Assembly (NCBI RefSeq): GCF_041956535.1
Contig: NW_027192192.1
Span: forward strand, 1,339,111 to 1,403,110
DNA: 64,000 nucleotides
DNA from: Calcarisporiella thermophila CBS 279.70
Lineage: Eukaryota; Fungi; Calcarisporiellomycota
Reading direction: 5' to 3'
In this document: in pieces, positions 50,371 to 63,498 of the stretch
How the letters are laid out: each line of letters starts with the position of its first letter
How positions within the stretch are numbered: position 1 is the stretch's first letter
Program-made: the position numbers and the translations under genes
Notes under the pieces: generated by a model
The model's database searches: none
The model's input: the letters and a program-made list of their open reading frames with translations, nothing else
What the model was told of the DNA's origin: nothing

Positions 50371-50770
50371 TCCCCCTCCTCCCTCCCTCCCCAATCAATT
50401 CCCTTTTCCTTGATTTGTCTATACTTATTCATATGTAATATCCCTCATTGTTCAATGTTTCTATCAATCCCTGCCAGAAATACTATTTTGTCATATGCAT
50501 ATGTTACCTTGTTATTTGTGTTATTTTCTCTCCATTGTTTATACCACTACATTGAATTATGGATAATTTTAATTTAGCATACATTACTATAGTAAATACA
50601 ACAATTTCATTTTGGGTTTTTATTACGATCAGTGGCAATTTTTCAAAATCGGACCCTTGGCGTATATCTAGTTAGTTCTTTCCGAATCAAATCAAAACTT
50701 CTTTCCAACTGACTAATCTGATCAAATACCATAAGCCTACTCGACCTAGGAAAAAGAAATTTTCATCACC

Positions 50771-52519
50771 ATGAGCTGGTCAGTTTCTTGCGTTTTCATT
50801 TCTAACTAAGAGAAATTTCCCATTTACCATGCAATTTGATAAAAAATATGTTTCCTCGAATAACAGGAAAGGGATCCAGAAGGCCGTCTCGCGTCTTCCA
50901 CATCAATTTCTGGCTGCAACCGGCTACTCGGAGGAAACAAATGACACCGAGTTTAAGCAGTTAGAAGCCAAGTTCTCGGATTTGGAGCGCGTTGCTGGAA
51001 GACTGCACACGGATTCAGCTAAATATCGCGATGGGATCATGGGTATACATATATAAGTGATTACAATCGCCTCATATATAATAATCCACTTATTTCATAT
51101 ACCATGCTGTAGCACTGCTTAATCATCAGGCAACCATTGCTGAAACTTTAGTTGAGCTCTATGGACCTATTGATGGTCGTGACGATGGATCCGTTGCGAG
51201 ACGGCCGCAAGCCTCACCCCAATCTATGACCGCAATACAACAGTACTGCACGCTAATGACGGAGACAAGAGACGTTCTTATCCCCGAGCTGGTAATCAAA
51301 TTATATGCGCTGTAGCTTACCTGCGCTGAGGCTAAGATATAATGCGATTCAAAAAAAATATATAGGACATGATGGATCGACTTGTCATAAGGCCCACTGC
51401 CGATTTGATTGAGATAATGAAGCTGATAAGAAAAACAATTGTTAAGCGCAATCATAAGGTCCTTGACTACGATCGCTATAGAAATTCTCTGAAGAAGTTG
51501 AAAGACAAGAAAGAACGAACCTTGAGCGACGAGAGAGCCATGTTTAAGGTAGATATTTTGGTTACTCTGCTGTGGGCATTAGGGAGTGTTTATTCATCTA
51601 TCTCTTTTTGGTTTTGTCTGCTTAACAGTTGGAAGCTCAGTATGAACAAGCTACTCAAGAATACAACTACTATAATAACGTCCTCAAAGAGCAGCTTCCA
51701 ACTTTCTTCCACCTCAAAAATGAGTTCACAGATCCGCTCTTCTCCTTTTTGTACCAAATGCAATATCGGATACAAGGCATTTTAATGCAGAAGATGAACG
51801 AAGTCGCGGCATTAGGATATTTCGACCTGGATACCGATACGATCCTGCTTTTCGATCGCCGAAAGAATGAAATACAAGCCCAATTGGACGAGATGACACT
51901 ATTATCGCGAAAAGCACTAGCCCAGGGTAAGATTATTTTTCCTCCATAGAGGAGCTATTTAGTGAAAAGCATACATTGCTATTATTACATTAGCAACGTC
52001 CTCGCACTTTCGCAGCAAGTTCGGCCACGCTCATGCACCCTCTATCTCGTCAGAGGAGCCCCATGACGAGCCTCTCCCCCCCTACTCTCCGACAAGTCAC
52101 GCTACCCCTTTTGGAGATCGGAAATATGGGTCTAATTATCCCCCCCCCAACTCTATTAGCTCTAGCTCCAATCTAAGCGCGGCGCCAACTACAAGCACAC
52201 GAGTAGGTCCCCCTGTATCCCCTCCCGTTGCGCCCAAGCCTACATTAAAGAAATATGTGGTCGCCCTGTACGACTACGAGGCACAGGCGGAAGGAGATCT
52301 AAGTTTCCATAAAGATGACAAGATAGAAGTATTGGAACGCACCCAGAGTTCGGAAGACTGGTGGACGGGTAGGCTGAATGGGAAAACGGGAGTCTTTCCA
52401 GGTAAGCATGGGTGACTTCGTAGGCACCTTTTCTTACGGTCACTCCGTGAAAAGAGAGTTGGTGACCTTATTTACTGATTTCCTCTAATCAACTAGCCAA
52501 CTATGTGGCCGAACTCTAA
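50771..52519 (+). CDS. RVS167: Amphiphysin-like BAR-SH3 protein
   Basis: MSWKGIQKAVSRLPHQF, IVKRNHKVLDYDRYR, YNNVLKEQLP, and SH3 YVVALYDYEAQAEGDLSF...WWTGRLNGKTGVFPANYV. Confidence 0.95.
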
Positions 52520-52762
52520 CGAATCTCGGCAAAACCACCCATTTTCTGGTCATACCATCATCCTCGCTTCATTTATTCATCTTTCCATTCATTCTTGAAA
52601 CGTTTGTATTTCCGTCCGCTTCGTTACTCAAACGAATAAACAATAGCAGCCGGTTCACTAATTTTTTTGGCTGTATTTTGATTCAAAATGCAAATGTATG
52701 CTATTCTCTTTAATGGGCCTCTGTTGAATAAAATATACACGGCCTCCAGTTTACAGTCACGT

Positions 52763-54682
52763 TTATAAATACCACTTCCGCCACTTCGTCCAGTTAGATG
52801 CTCGACCCACCTTCTCCTCCTCCTCTTCCTCTCTATCAAAGGCAAAGTTGACTCGTATTATCTCGCCAAACCCCTCAGCCATCTTGGGCTCCTCAAATTT
52901 CGATGCATACATTCGGAATGCAATTTCCGGCACCGGATTTGCCTTTTGGACCTCGGATCGGAACTGGTTATTGTGCTTCGCGAGAGCCTCGGAAGCAGTG
53001 AACCAAAAACACCTTGTGGGGATATTGTGTTGCTTCGCAAGTTGAATGTAGGCTCGACGGGCCTCGGCCGTAGGATTGGTATTGTCTAGAAAAACAAGGT
53101 CAGCTAGGAAAGAAAAATTGCTGCCGTCAACTCATACCTATGACTACGGATTTTCCTTCTTGAAGTGCAGCCTTGCAAGCGACAGTGCACCTCTGGCGGG
53201 TACCGAGAGTATCCTGTCGAAAATCGATATGTAAGAGAATAAAGCAAATATGATAGAGCTGCATTGCATACCTGATTTATGTGGACATATCCTTGAGAAA
53301 CCAGCCGTTTCTTCGCAAAACTATGAATAATTAAAACAAAAGTTTGCACCTTATCGATCCAAGATTGTGAAGGTGGAAATTACTATGTTTTGCCACTAGC
53401 AGGGTAGCCCACAAATATGATCATTTCTTGCTTCACCTCCTCAGAAAAGAGAGCCGAAGGAGATAGTGCTGCAGAGGATAGTTCTATACCAGAAATGAAA
53501 GCAGTTCAGCCTATAAATAGTGGCACTGAACCCAAGTCTTACTACCAACCCTCCATTTCGACTCTAGGGTCAAAATCTCCCCAGCTAAATGCGGCCATCG
53601 GCTCATCAAGAAAATATTCCTCAGGCGTCGAGAAAGAGATGCCAATATTGTCTGCAAATTTTCTGAAAATCAATGTAAAAGTTGGCCAGCATGATTAGGA
53701 AAATATCAACTTCTCAAGCTCACCTATCGACACAGGCGTGGTCCTCTGGCGCACCTTTTTTCCATCCCTTGGCACGCCCCGCGGCATCCCCGATATAAAA
53801 GCTTTTCTCTAGTTCTGTGTTCCAAACAAGTTAAACAAGTGTATCAAATATAGCGTGATCGAGTCACAACGATGTACCAACTTCGATGCCGCTATTATGC
53901 TCGGATAAAAAACTCGACCACATCCCTGTTCGCGGCTTTCTATTGGAATCATACATGGTAGCAACAAATATTTGCAGCGGAATGTTTAGCTAAATGTGGG
54001 GTGATATAGATCACAGAGTAAATCAATAAATAAAAAAATAAAGATAAATAAAATCCCTTGCAATAGTATACCTCTGCAACGACATGATTCATTTTTTCTT
54101 TAAAATCAGATTTTCTTTTTTGATGCTTTAGCCCACCTTGATTGGTGAAAATAACCACTTTATACCTATGAAAAAGAGTTTAGTTAGTCGTAAACCCAAC
54201 ATCCTTATATCAATATCCATTTTACCCCTCCTCGTGAAGGCTACGCAATCTTAAAGGGACGACAGGATTCCACCATTCCCAATCGCTGGAATCCTTCGGA
54301 TGCCGCCTGCCTTGTTTTGGTTTAATGAGCGTTCCGTCCTGAATTAATTGAACCCATTTGTAAATGCCTGTATTGTCCCAATTAAATTCTATCTACCTAC
54401 GAGATCAAAAGCCGCTATCTTAGCATTTCCCGCAGGATTCATGTGAGCTGCTAGCATTAGACCATCTCTCTCCCCCCATGCAAGCGATATTCTTTCCTTC
54501 ATCTTCGTAAAGAAAGGATGAATTTGCGCCGCTTCACTAGTACGAGCTGCTACTAGGAATTATCGACAATTAAAATCTTCAGCAAGGATAATTCGCTAAT
54601 AGATCACAATCACACCTTTGACCCTAGCCTCTGCCTCCTTACTTTCCATTCGTCGCTTAGTGCCTCTATTATTGACCGTCAT
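52763..54682 (-). CDS. PNK1: Bifunctional polynucleotide kinase/3'-phosphatase, multi-exon
   Basis: HAD AAFDLDGTLI, VIFTNQGG, RKPRTGMW, SFYIGDAAGR, DRKFA.NIG...TPEEYF, P-loop VGYPASGKT, HINQDTL and DNTNP. Confidence 0.93.
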
Positions 54683-55044
54683 CGGTTCTGGCCGAGAATT
54701 GGTATTGGGGTGTCCTAAAATAGCAAACTACTATGGGCAGGCCTCTGCCATAAAAAATGGAAGGAAAATGCCTCGCTCATTTATGTGACTTCTGTGACGC
54801 AGGGTGATAAAAGTCCCACAAACACGTATTTACTTCCATTTTCAGGAGAAATTAACGTTAGAACAGATCCGTCCACAAGTTTAATAGATTCAGTCCCAAG
54901 TTGTCAAAGACAATATAAAGTAGTTTCCACACTATGGCCCCACCGCCCCCTCCCCTTCTCCTCTTCCTCTACCCTGGCTTTGCTGTCGATTTTGTAAAAT
55001 CTCTTCTACTTCCCTCCCCATTCATTCAGTAATTGTCACGCGCA

Positions 55045-55693
55045 ATGAAGCTCTCCACCCTCATCATAGCCCTATCCACACTGGGTTACATTCATGAAAC
55101 CTGTGCCCGTAAGTATCAATAACGACCATTATTCGGCATTATCCAACTCACGCTCTCTTTGTAAATTGTTCATGTTCTTCTCCAGAACCCAGTGTGGAAT
55201 CAGGTAATTCGAAACTCGTTTATTCAATACTCCTCAGTTAGCTCTTCTAAACCACACTTCTCTTCCAGTTCAGAAAACCTATAATTGCATAGTAGGTTGT
55301 AGGACCATGGAAGCTCTGCATGTTGCTCAATGTTATCAGAATTGTATTGTGCAAAATTACGAAGCAAAGCCTTTGCCCTCAGCCCCTAGCGATGCATCCT
55401 CAGTCGCAACCATATCCGATCCTTCCTTGATACCTGCAACCTCTTCAGAGAACAATGCTGCCACCCCATCTCCAACCGCTTCATTGGCCACCGATTCCCG
55501 CGATTCTTCGCCAACCATCCCATCGATTGCCACCTCTTCGATTCAAGATACAAGACCATCACTGCGCACGCTCCGGCCGGTACCGATCCCCACATACAAT
55601 CCCAACATCTCTCCAGGGAATCGTCCCGTACACTCTCTATCTCTGAAAGGACTGGCTATCTTTAGCATAGTGGTGCTGGTTAGCATCGCTTAA
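55045..55693 (+). CDS. Small secreted, probably GPI-anchored Ser/Thr-rich protein, 3 exons including an 18-nt micro-exon (55186-55203)
   Basis: Signal peptide MKLSTLIIALSTLG..., a CxxxC...CxxxC pair (CIVGC, CYQNC), S/T/P stalk and hydrophobic C-terminus LAIFSIVVLVSIA. Confidence 0.8.
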
Positions 55694-55881
55694 TCAAGGG
55701 GCCTTTATTCGTGAATAATATCCTTCCTTATGATAACGTTGTTTACTTTTTTAACCCAATCCAAATAAATTCTCCCTTGCTTAAAATAAATACACTACAA
55801 AAAAACACGAACAATCTTGAAATAAAAATAGTACTATGAAGAACCGTGCCTTTTGTAAACATTGTCCCATTGTCCAGTTCG

Positions 55882-56873
55882 CTACAGCTTGCTTCCCCCC
55901 GAGCCCGCCTTCGCTAGGTGGCAGTATCCATTGGCCAACACCACACGGTTACCCACCTTAGTCACAAATGAGATCACGCGCTTCGTGGGCGTATCCTCCA
56001 CAACCCACACATTGGTGCTCAGTGTATCTCCCGGGTACACCGGCGAAGCGAATTTTGCTCCAAATCCCTTGAACTCGTATCCTTCGCCAAAATGTTTAAG
56101 GATGGCATGAGCGGCATAGCCATACGTGCAAAGGCCATGAAGAATCGGTCGCTCAAATCCGATTTTCGGCGCTATCGTGGGGTCAATATGGAGAGGGTTA
56201 TAATCGCCCGAGAGCCGGTAAAGAATGGCCTGCTCGCGACTTGTCGTGTCCACCACAATCTTGTCCGGCTCTCTGTCGGGCACCTGCACCAGCCTGCTTT
56301 TGCCTCCCTTAGGACCCCCGAATCCCCCCATTCCAAAGATAAACACCTGGCTCACCGAACGCGAGTACGTTCTCCCCTCTTTATCGCAAAGCGTTTTCGA
56401 GGTCTCGATGACCATTCCTTTTCCACGATCGTAAATACCCTCCACGCGACTTCTCATCTCCATGTCTCCCTGAGTTGGAAGCGGACGGAAAATCTCGATA
56501 TGCTCTTCGGCATGCACAAGCTTCTTGAGATCAATTGATGGCAAACCGGGGATGGAGGAGACTGCACCGGGTCCGGCGCCAAAGACAGTGGCATCGAAGC
56601 TTGCGCCCTTGAGCGAAAGTACCACCGGATAGGTTGGGAAAACGCGAAAATCCTTATCTGAATTACGGGGATACCATGAGTGATTTAGAGAAAAAAAATG
56701 GTGCACCACGTCTATATTAGTCACCCCTCTAATTGGCACGTACCTAACTCGTACAAATACTTGAGCTCATCCTCTTTTACGCCGATGGAGAGCGCATAGA
56801 GCATGCAGTCTCGGCGATTGTAAAGCACGCGCTGAGGGGGGAACTCATAACCGACCGCCTTTTGAAGGTCCAT
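55882..56873 (-). CDS. Peroxisomal enoyl-CoA hydratase 2 (MaoC double hot-dog fold), 2 exons, PTS1
   Basis: RDCMLYALSIG, YRLSGDYNPLHIDP, PILHGLCTYG, FASPVYPG; C-terminal SKL. Confidence 0.93.
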
Positions 56874-57190
56874 ACTTGTTTTTAGCCTAGGGCAAACGTA
56901 TGAGAAGAGAAGAAATCCTCACGCACGTGGAAATGACGGAGGGCATAAATGAATCGATTGTCCACTGTCCATGTGACGGTCTTTTTTGTGAACGACCTTG
57001 CAGATAAGATGGGAATCGATGAACTTTTTAACTCCGCGTTAATTTCTTGCCTTTTTCTTCCTCTTTTTCCTGAGTGTTCTTAACTCCCACCCTTAGTTTC
57101 CAGAGCCTTCGCTTATCTTCCCCAGCCGTCATTTTCTCTCCTCATTCGCCCTATACTTGGCATCCTCATTGCACAGCTAAAATTATTAGA

Positions 57191-60095
57191 ATGGTGGCTA
57201 GGCATTCCCTCGACTCATGCGGTCCTTCCACAAGCGCACGGACTACAAGCGATTCCAAACCTCGCATAATTAGCGTCACACACCAAGTCCCTTACAATTG
57301 CGTTCTTCAGAATGGCATCTCTGAGAGGTCTTCCGCCAGCGTCCCCACCCAGCCACCGGCGCCGGGTGGTTCTGGGAAACTCGACAGCTCCCCCCTCTTA
57401 CAGCTGGAAAAGCCCAAATGGCGTTTAACGACACGCCGTGGGCATTCAGCCCTCTACGCGGGTGTCCGCTCTCTTCAGGAGAGCAGTGGAGAATGGGGAG
57501 AATCGATTCACGTCGGGTGGGTGGGACAGTGCACTAACGAGCTGGGCGAGGCACTGGAGTCTGCAAAGCTCCACCAGCCATATCGCGAGAGCTTACGCGA
57601 ACGGTTGTGGGAAGAGAAGGTTGTGCCTGTATTTCTGGAAGATAAAATCTCGGCGGGACACTACGAAGGCTATTGCAAGACAGGTAAGCCTATATCAGAT
57701 AAGCGCCGTGAACTCTTCTGAGGGCGGCCTCCTTATTTTTTATTAGTGCTTTGGCCGCTACTTCATTATCTCGTGTGGGACACGGCTATGGACGCCCGAA
57801 AGCAATCGCTTTACTGGGGAGATTATGTGGCCGTGAACAAAAAGTTCGCTCAGGCCATCAGTGAGATCTATCAGCCAGAAGATATTAGTATGGCATTGTC
57901 TCAATAACCTACTTTCCACGCAAATTCAGTGAACCATTTTACTTTCATTATCTGTAGTTTGGGTGCATGACTACCACCTGATGCTGCTTCCTCAGCTGCT
58001 CCGCGGGCTTATTCCTGCAGCCATCATAGGCTACTTCCACCATGCACCATTCTGTAGCTCAGAGATCTTTAGATGTCTTCCTAGTAAGTATTCCGTGACT
58101 CTTGTGCAAATCAATTCGAATCCTACTTATAAAACTGCTCTTTGTCTACCCGGTAGAACGGGAGGACATCCTACAGGGAATCCTTGGCTCGAACCAAGTT
58201 GGATTTCAAACCTACTCCTATGCGCGCCACTTCATGAGTAGCTGTACACGCGTCCTCGGCTACGATACCACACCATTGGGTGTCGATGCAAAAGGTCACC
58301 TTGTTGTTGTGCAAACATCACCGATTGGAATAGATGCAGAGCGAGTGGACGCATGGCGCAAGGCTCCGGGAGTCGCCCCCAAGGTGAAAGCCATTAGAGA
58401 GATGTACGCGGGAAAGAAGATTATTGTGGCGCGAGACAAGCTCGACGTGGTGAAGGGGGTGAAGCAAAAGCTCACCGCGTTTGAGAAGTTCCTTGAGGAT
58501 TTCCCCGAATGGCGTGGAAAGGTTGGTAGAGCTGGTTTTCCCTCACATTTATACAGCGTCCCAACGCTCACATCCTCTTTTGGGGGATGCATTAGGTTGT
58601 GTTGATCCAAGTGACAAGCCCGGGGGTGCGCGAATCCGTTAAACTTGAGCACAAAATATCGGAGCTGGTGTCCAGCATTAATAGCACGTATGGCTCGCTT
58701 GAGTTCACTCCAGTACACCACTATCACCAGCACATCGATCGCGACGAGTACTATGCGCTGCTGACGGTGGCCGACGTTGCGCTCATCACCTCGATCCGCG
58801 ACGGGATGAACACGACCTCGCTGGAGTATATCATTTGTCAGAAAGAGGGTCATGGTCCGCTAATTCTCTCGGAATTCACGGGCACCGCGGGCTCCCTGGC
58901 CGCCGCAATCCAGGTCAACCCGTGGGACTACAGTATGGTGGCCAATGCGATCAATGAATCCCTGAAAATCCCAGCCGACGAGAAGATCATCAAGCATGAG
59001 CAACTTTACAACCATGTGAGCTCCCACACCGCCAAGTATTGGGCCACGAGCTTTATCCGCCAGCTCATTGCGAATGCGGGCACTCCCGATCAAGGATACC
59101 TAACCCCCTTACTAGACGTAGAATTGCTAATAGAGAAATACCGAGCGACCAGCAAGAGGTTGCTCCTGTTTGACTATGATGTTAGTAGATGGCTCTTTTA
59201 CGTTGGACCTTACGAAGGAAGGATACCTACCGGGCACTGACCTCCATCTCCTGTAGGGAACCCTGACCCCCATAGTGAAACAGCCGCATTTGGCCACGCC
59301 GAGTGAGAAGATGCTGCGCGCGCTCCAACAACTGTGCGACGACCCCCACAATGTCGTGTGGGTGATCTCAGGCCGCGACCAGAAAACTCTCATGGAGTGG
59401 CTGGGAGGCGTGCGGAATCTTGGGCTAAGGTAGAGTGCGTGGATTGGTTGTACATCCCGAGCTGCCGAGTTCTCACTCTTTGCTCCCTCCTTTGTTTTCA
59501 CCCCCATGCTATTAGTGCCGAGCATGGATGCTTCCTGAAGAACCCGGGTGTAGACCGATGGATCAACCTTACCGAGCAGATCGACATGTCGTGGCAGAAC
59601 GAGGTCAACGCTATCTTTAACTACTATACCGAGCGCACGCAGGGCTCCTTTGTCGAGCACAAGATCTGCTCCATTGCCTGGCACTATCGCATGGCCGATC
59701 CGGCTTACGGCGAATTCCAGGCGAAAGAGTGCCAGAATCACCTGCGGCAGGCGATCGTCTCCAAGCTCCCTGTCGACATTCTGGTCGGGAAGAAGAATCT
59801 GGAGGTTCGCCCCATCTCGATCAATAAGGGTGGAGTAGTGCAGCGGCTGCTCGCCGCCCACTCCTCCCTCGACTTTGTGATGTGTGCAGGAGATGACAAA
59901 ACCGACGAGGATATGTTCAGGGCCATCAAAAACGCCGGGAAACTCCGAGGCGTGGAGGAGGAGCAGTACCATCAGTTCCGGGTGACCATTGGGGCCGAGA
60001 CCAAGAAGACGCTTGCGAGCTGGCACGTGCCGACTCCCGAAGAGCTGGTGAGCATTCTGGAGCGTCTGGCCGGAATTGCAAACGAGCACTCCTAA
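57191..60095 (+). CDS. TPS2: Trehalose-6-phosphate phosphatase/synthase-family protein (GT20 + HAD), multi-exon
   Basis: YEGYCK..LWPLLHY, WVHDYHLMLLP, ARDKLDVVKG, RDGMNTTSLEY, LILSEFTG, intact HAD LLFDYDGTLTPIV, SGRD, AEHG, GKKNLEVRP and GDDKTDEDMF. Confidence 0.93.
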
Positions 60096-60907
60096 TGGAT
60101 GTAGGATGTCGGGGGGGATTACTGCCGTCCTGGGGCTGTGACAGTATACGTTGTGTGTATGTATAACCTATCCACGAAAGAAAGAAAGGAGATATCTCTC
60201 TCTATCTATATATTTAATAGCGGATAAGCTCCTTAATCTTTTTTTTCGTTGGCGCTACGATTGCTTCTTTGCGTATTTTATCCTCATAGATATACCGTAT
60301 CATACGAATGTATTTTTTTTCCTCTCCTTTTTCTTTCCGCCGCCATATGTTTTTCTCGTATTTTCCCCTCCCATGTCTACTCATTTACTATCTCTACTAT
60401 TTATGAATGATAGTGGCTCTCCATCAACTTATCCCAGGAATAAAGCAACGGGTTCAATAGTATCCCGCCTTCTATTCTATAGAAGCATGTTAAATTTCAC
60501 GCGATCATGGGTGGAGCAAGGGCCCATCTGAATTGGGCATGTGTAAAAAACTGGGCAACAAAGAGGTACTATTAATAAGGAATTTTGAGAGTGCCGATTG
60601 CCTAGCTGAGCGTCTCCTCTCAGGGCTGAGCCTATTCATCGCCACCCCATCGACAGAAACAGCGCGATAGGGGTGCAGTTTTCATTCTTCGCTAGAGCCC
60701 TGGGGCATCCCCCTCATTTTCCGAAAATAAAAACCAAAGTTCTATTCTATTGTGATCCAAAGTCCTTTAAAAAATAAAATAGAGTAAAGAAAAACAAGTA
60801 TCAAAGACAATGCACATGAATTCGAAGTTGAGTCGACTCCATGGTCGTTAAATAGCATAGGAAGCACGGTCTAGAGCGATGAAACCAGGTCGACGCCCCA
60901 CGTAGGT

Positions 60908-62001
60908 CTATAGGTTCTCGCGCGAGATGAGATCGATGATCCGGCTCACCAGCGATTGCATCTCCAAGGCACGCTTCGCGCTCATGGCCAACACCTCCTC
61001 GTGGGTCGCGGTGTACTCGGGCCCATCGGCCAAGCTGTCGCCGCGCTCTTCGGCCTCCTCTGCCGAAAGCGACGGGCGGGCCACGACTTGGTTGGTGACC
61101 AAACTCAGGCCCAAAATTTGAAGCCCGCAGTGCTTAGCAACAATGATCTCGGGCACGGTCGACATTCCCACCACATCACCGCCCAGCGAGCGCAAGAAGC
61201 GGGCCTCCGCGGGAGTTTCGTAGCTGGGGCCACCGACGTAGCAGTACACACCCTCCTTGAGGACCTTGGGTTGGAAGCTAAGCTGCTTGGCGGCACGGAA
61301 GGCAAGGCGGCGAAGCGCGAAAGTATACGCATCGGACACGGCAGGGAAACGGGTACCGAACTGCTCGAGATTGGGCCCACGCAGAGGGTTATTGCCAGCG
61401 AGGCCGCCAAGATTGATGTGGTCAGTGAGCACGGCGACATTACCGACCCCGAAATCGGGGTTCAACGAACCGGCAGCATTGGTAACTATAGGGCGAATGG
61501 GGATGAGCTAGCATGGGGGAACAGACTAGAAACAACGAGCACTATACCGATCAGGGTCTTGATGCCGAGGAGGGCCATAACGCGCACCGGGAGCGTCACC
61601 TGGAGCAAAGAATGACCTTCATAGTAGTGGAAACGACCAACCATGAAGATGGCAGGCGTCTTCTCCTCTCCGATGAGACCGAACACTAGTTTGCCCGCAT
61701 GACCAGCGACTAAAGTTGGTAGAATGGGGTCAAAACGATGTTAGAGATGGCGGCATCGGTTAATGCTAGCAGACAGAAGCATACCTGTGCTCACCACGAA
61801 TCCAGGGATCTCCGAGTATGCGAATTCAACCTTGGTCTCCTTGTCGAGGGTGTCGACCAGGCCTCCCAACCCAGACCCACAAATAATGCCGACCTTAAGC
61901 TTGGGGGGCTTCAGATGATCGGGGAGGCGCGCAGAGATATAGGCAGCGCTCTCCTCGTAGATGCCAGTGTTGATGCTTTCGAGTGAATTGTGCCCTGTCA
62001 T
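60908..62001 (-). CDS. PNP1: Purine nucleoside phosphorylase, 3 exons
   Basis: VGIICGSGLGGL, GHAGKLVFG, GRFHYYEG, TNAAGSLN, DHINL, GPSYETPAE, VGMSTVPE. Confidence 0.96.
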
Positions 62002-63498
62002 GGTTCGTCGGTAGAATGGACAAAAAAAAATAAAAGAATGGGGGGAGAAAGTGAGGAGCAAATGCTTTGAAAACGCTTTAAAATATAAGCGTGACTGCAA
62101 CTGTCGCTGATATCCACAAAGCTTAAGCTTAGGTTTTCACACAGTCGGGTTGGAAAATTTCACCTCAAATCAAAGTTTCATGAACTCTCAGGCACAGCTC
62201 CTAGGGGTATGAAGGCCCTATCCTGCTCTATGACTGCGTAGGATGTGGTATGCGACAAGAAAGTCATCCAAATAGCTCCTTCCCAAAGCATGCACGCTAG
62301 CCAGAGCATCCTGGTTTATTATTGGCATTGCAGCTCGTTGCGAGATAGCTTTGTAACGGTCACGCCGGGTAGAAAGATGCGGATGGCTTCTTCTGCAGGC
62401 AATATGCCTCGGATAGATGTTTACTCCAACCCCATTGTTGGGCGCTAGCTTGGGGGATGCCGTTGAGTATCCTACTGCATCGCCAAGGTCATGATTCGCT
62501 CTTTCCTCTTCTCCAACTCAGTGATCCCCATAAACGGAAAACACCCATGACCTGATACTGGAGAAATACAGGTCCAGCTGTGCCGAAGTTGCCGATTTCC
62601 TCAGCTTGCATTTGGCGATTTTAATTTCAGCCACAAGTTGCTCTGCCGCCTTTCAGAATAGCAGTCCCATTCGAAGTGTACAGGAACCTCGATCCTGGAT
62701 CTCTTCTTCGCACCAAAGATCCAAACAACGAATGCTTCTAGGGCGAGGCTTCCCCATAAACTGCCGCCACCAGCGAACGAGGCAGAGGAAGCCAATGTGG
62801 ATCAGAGGGATAGGCTATTCAAAGCACGATGCCGATCGCTATTGCCAGCCTCTCTCGCCCAAGAAACAAGCTTTGTGTGTGTTGCAGGTTGAGATCTCGA
62901 ATGGCTCTAGATCACGACGCCGGTATGTCGTTGCTGCTCTGAAAAGCGCCTATGCATCCGCGGAGCCCCATTCATCAGCTCCATCTTCTCAAATAGAAAA
63001 TTGCCCATCTCACGCCTATCGGGGGCGATTTTTCCAGAGCGAAGGCATTCTGGCCGAGAACGGCGAGGCCAAGCGTGGTGGGGAAAGCGGTAGTAGGGCT
63101 TATCCCATCTAAGAATGGGCCACGTGTTCGGCAGTTTCACCAAACACCGCGATGCGTCTCCACGCCCTCCCGATTACGTCTCCCTTTTTGTTTGCTAGAA
63201 ACTTCTGCACGAGGTGTTCGACGAGGTTCGAGGGTAATTTTGACTATTTCTCATCGATACGTAAGCCAATCATGCCAAGAGCGATTTCTGTATTATAACC
63301 CGCGGCTGTAATTTATCCCCGTGCCGCACCGAGCGAAATACGTAACCTCCAATCCGGCGTTTCTCCCACGGAGGCAGTATATATTAAAGCCTCTCGAAAT
63401 GCTGCTTCTGATCCATATTAATTTGCCCGATTATCAAACTAACCCAAGCTGTATCCTTAATTCCACTTTTTCCACTCCACTCTTCGACACCATACACC

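Noticed and set aside
53380-53390. Apparent in-frame TAG right after the PNKP P-loop (GKT*)
   Set aside because: A phase-2 intron (TA|GTAATT...TAG|T) restores Tyr, so this is neither a pseudogene nor readthrough.
60619-60704. SECIS interpretation of the stem-loop on the minus strand
   Set aside because: No apical AAR motif, helix II does not abut the GA quartet, and neighbouring genes have no in-frame UGA.
59127-61615. Long antisense ORFs (320 aa over TPS2, 219 aa over PNP)
   Set aside because: Expected from GC-rich third positions of the sense genes; no recognisable motifs.
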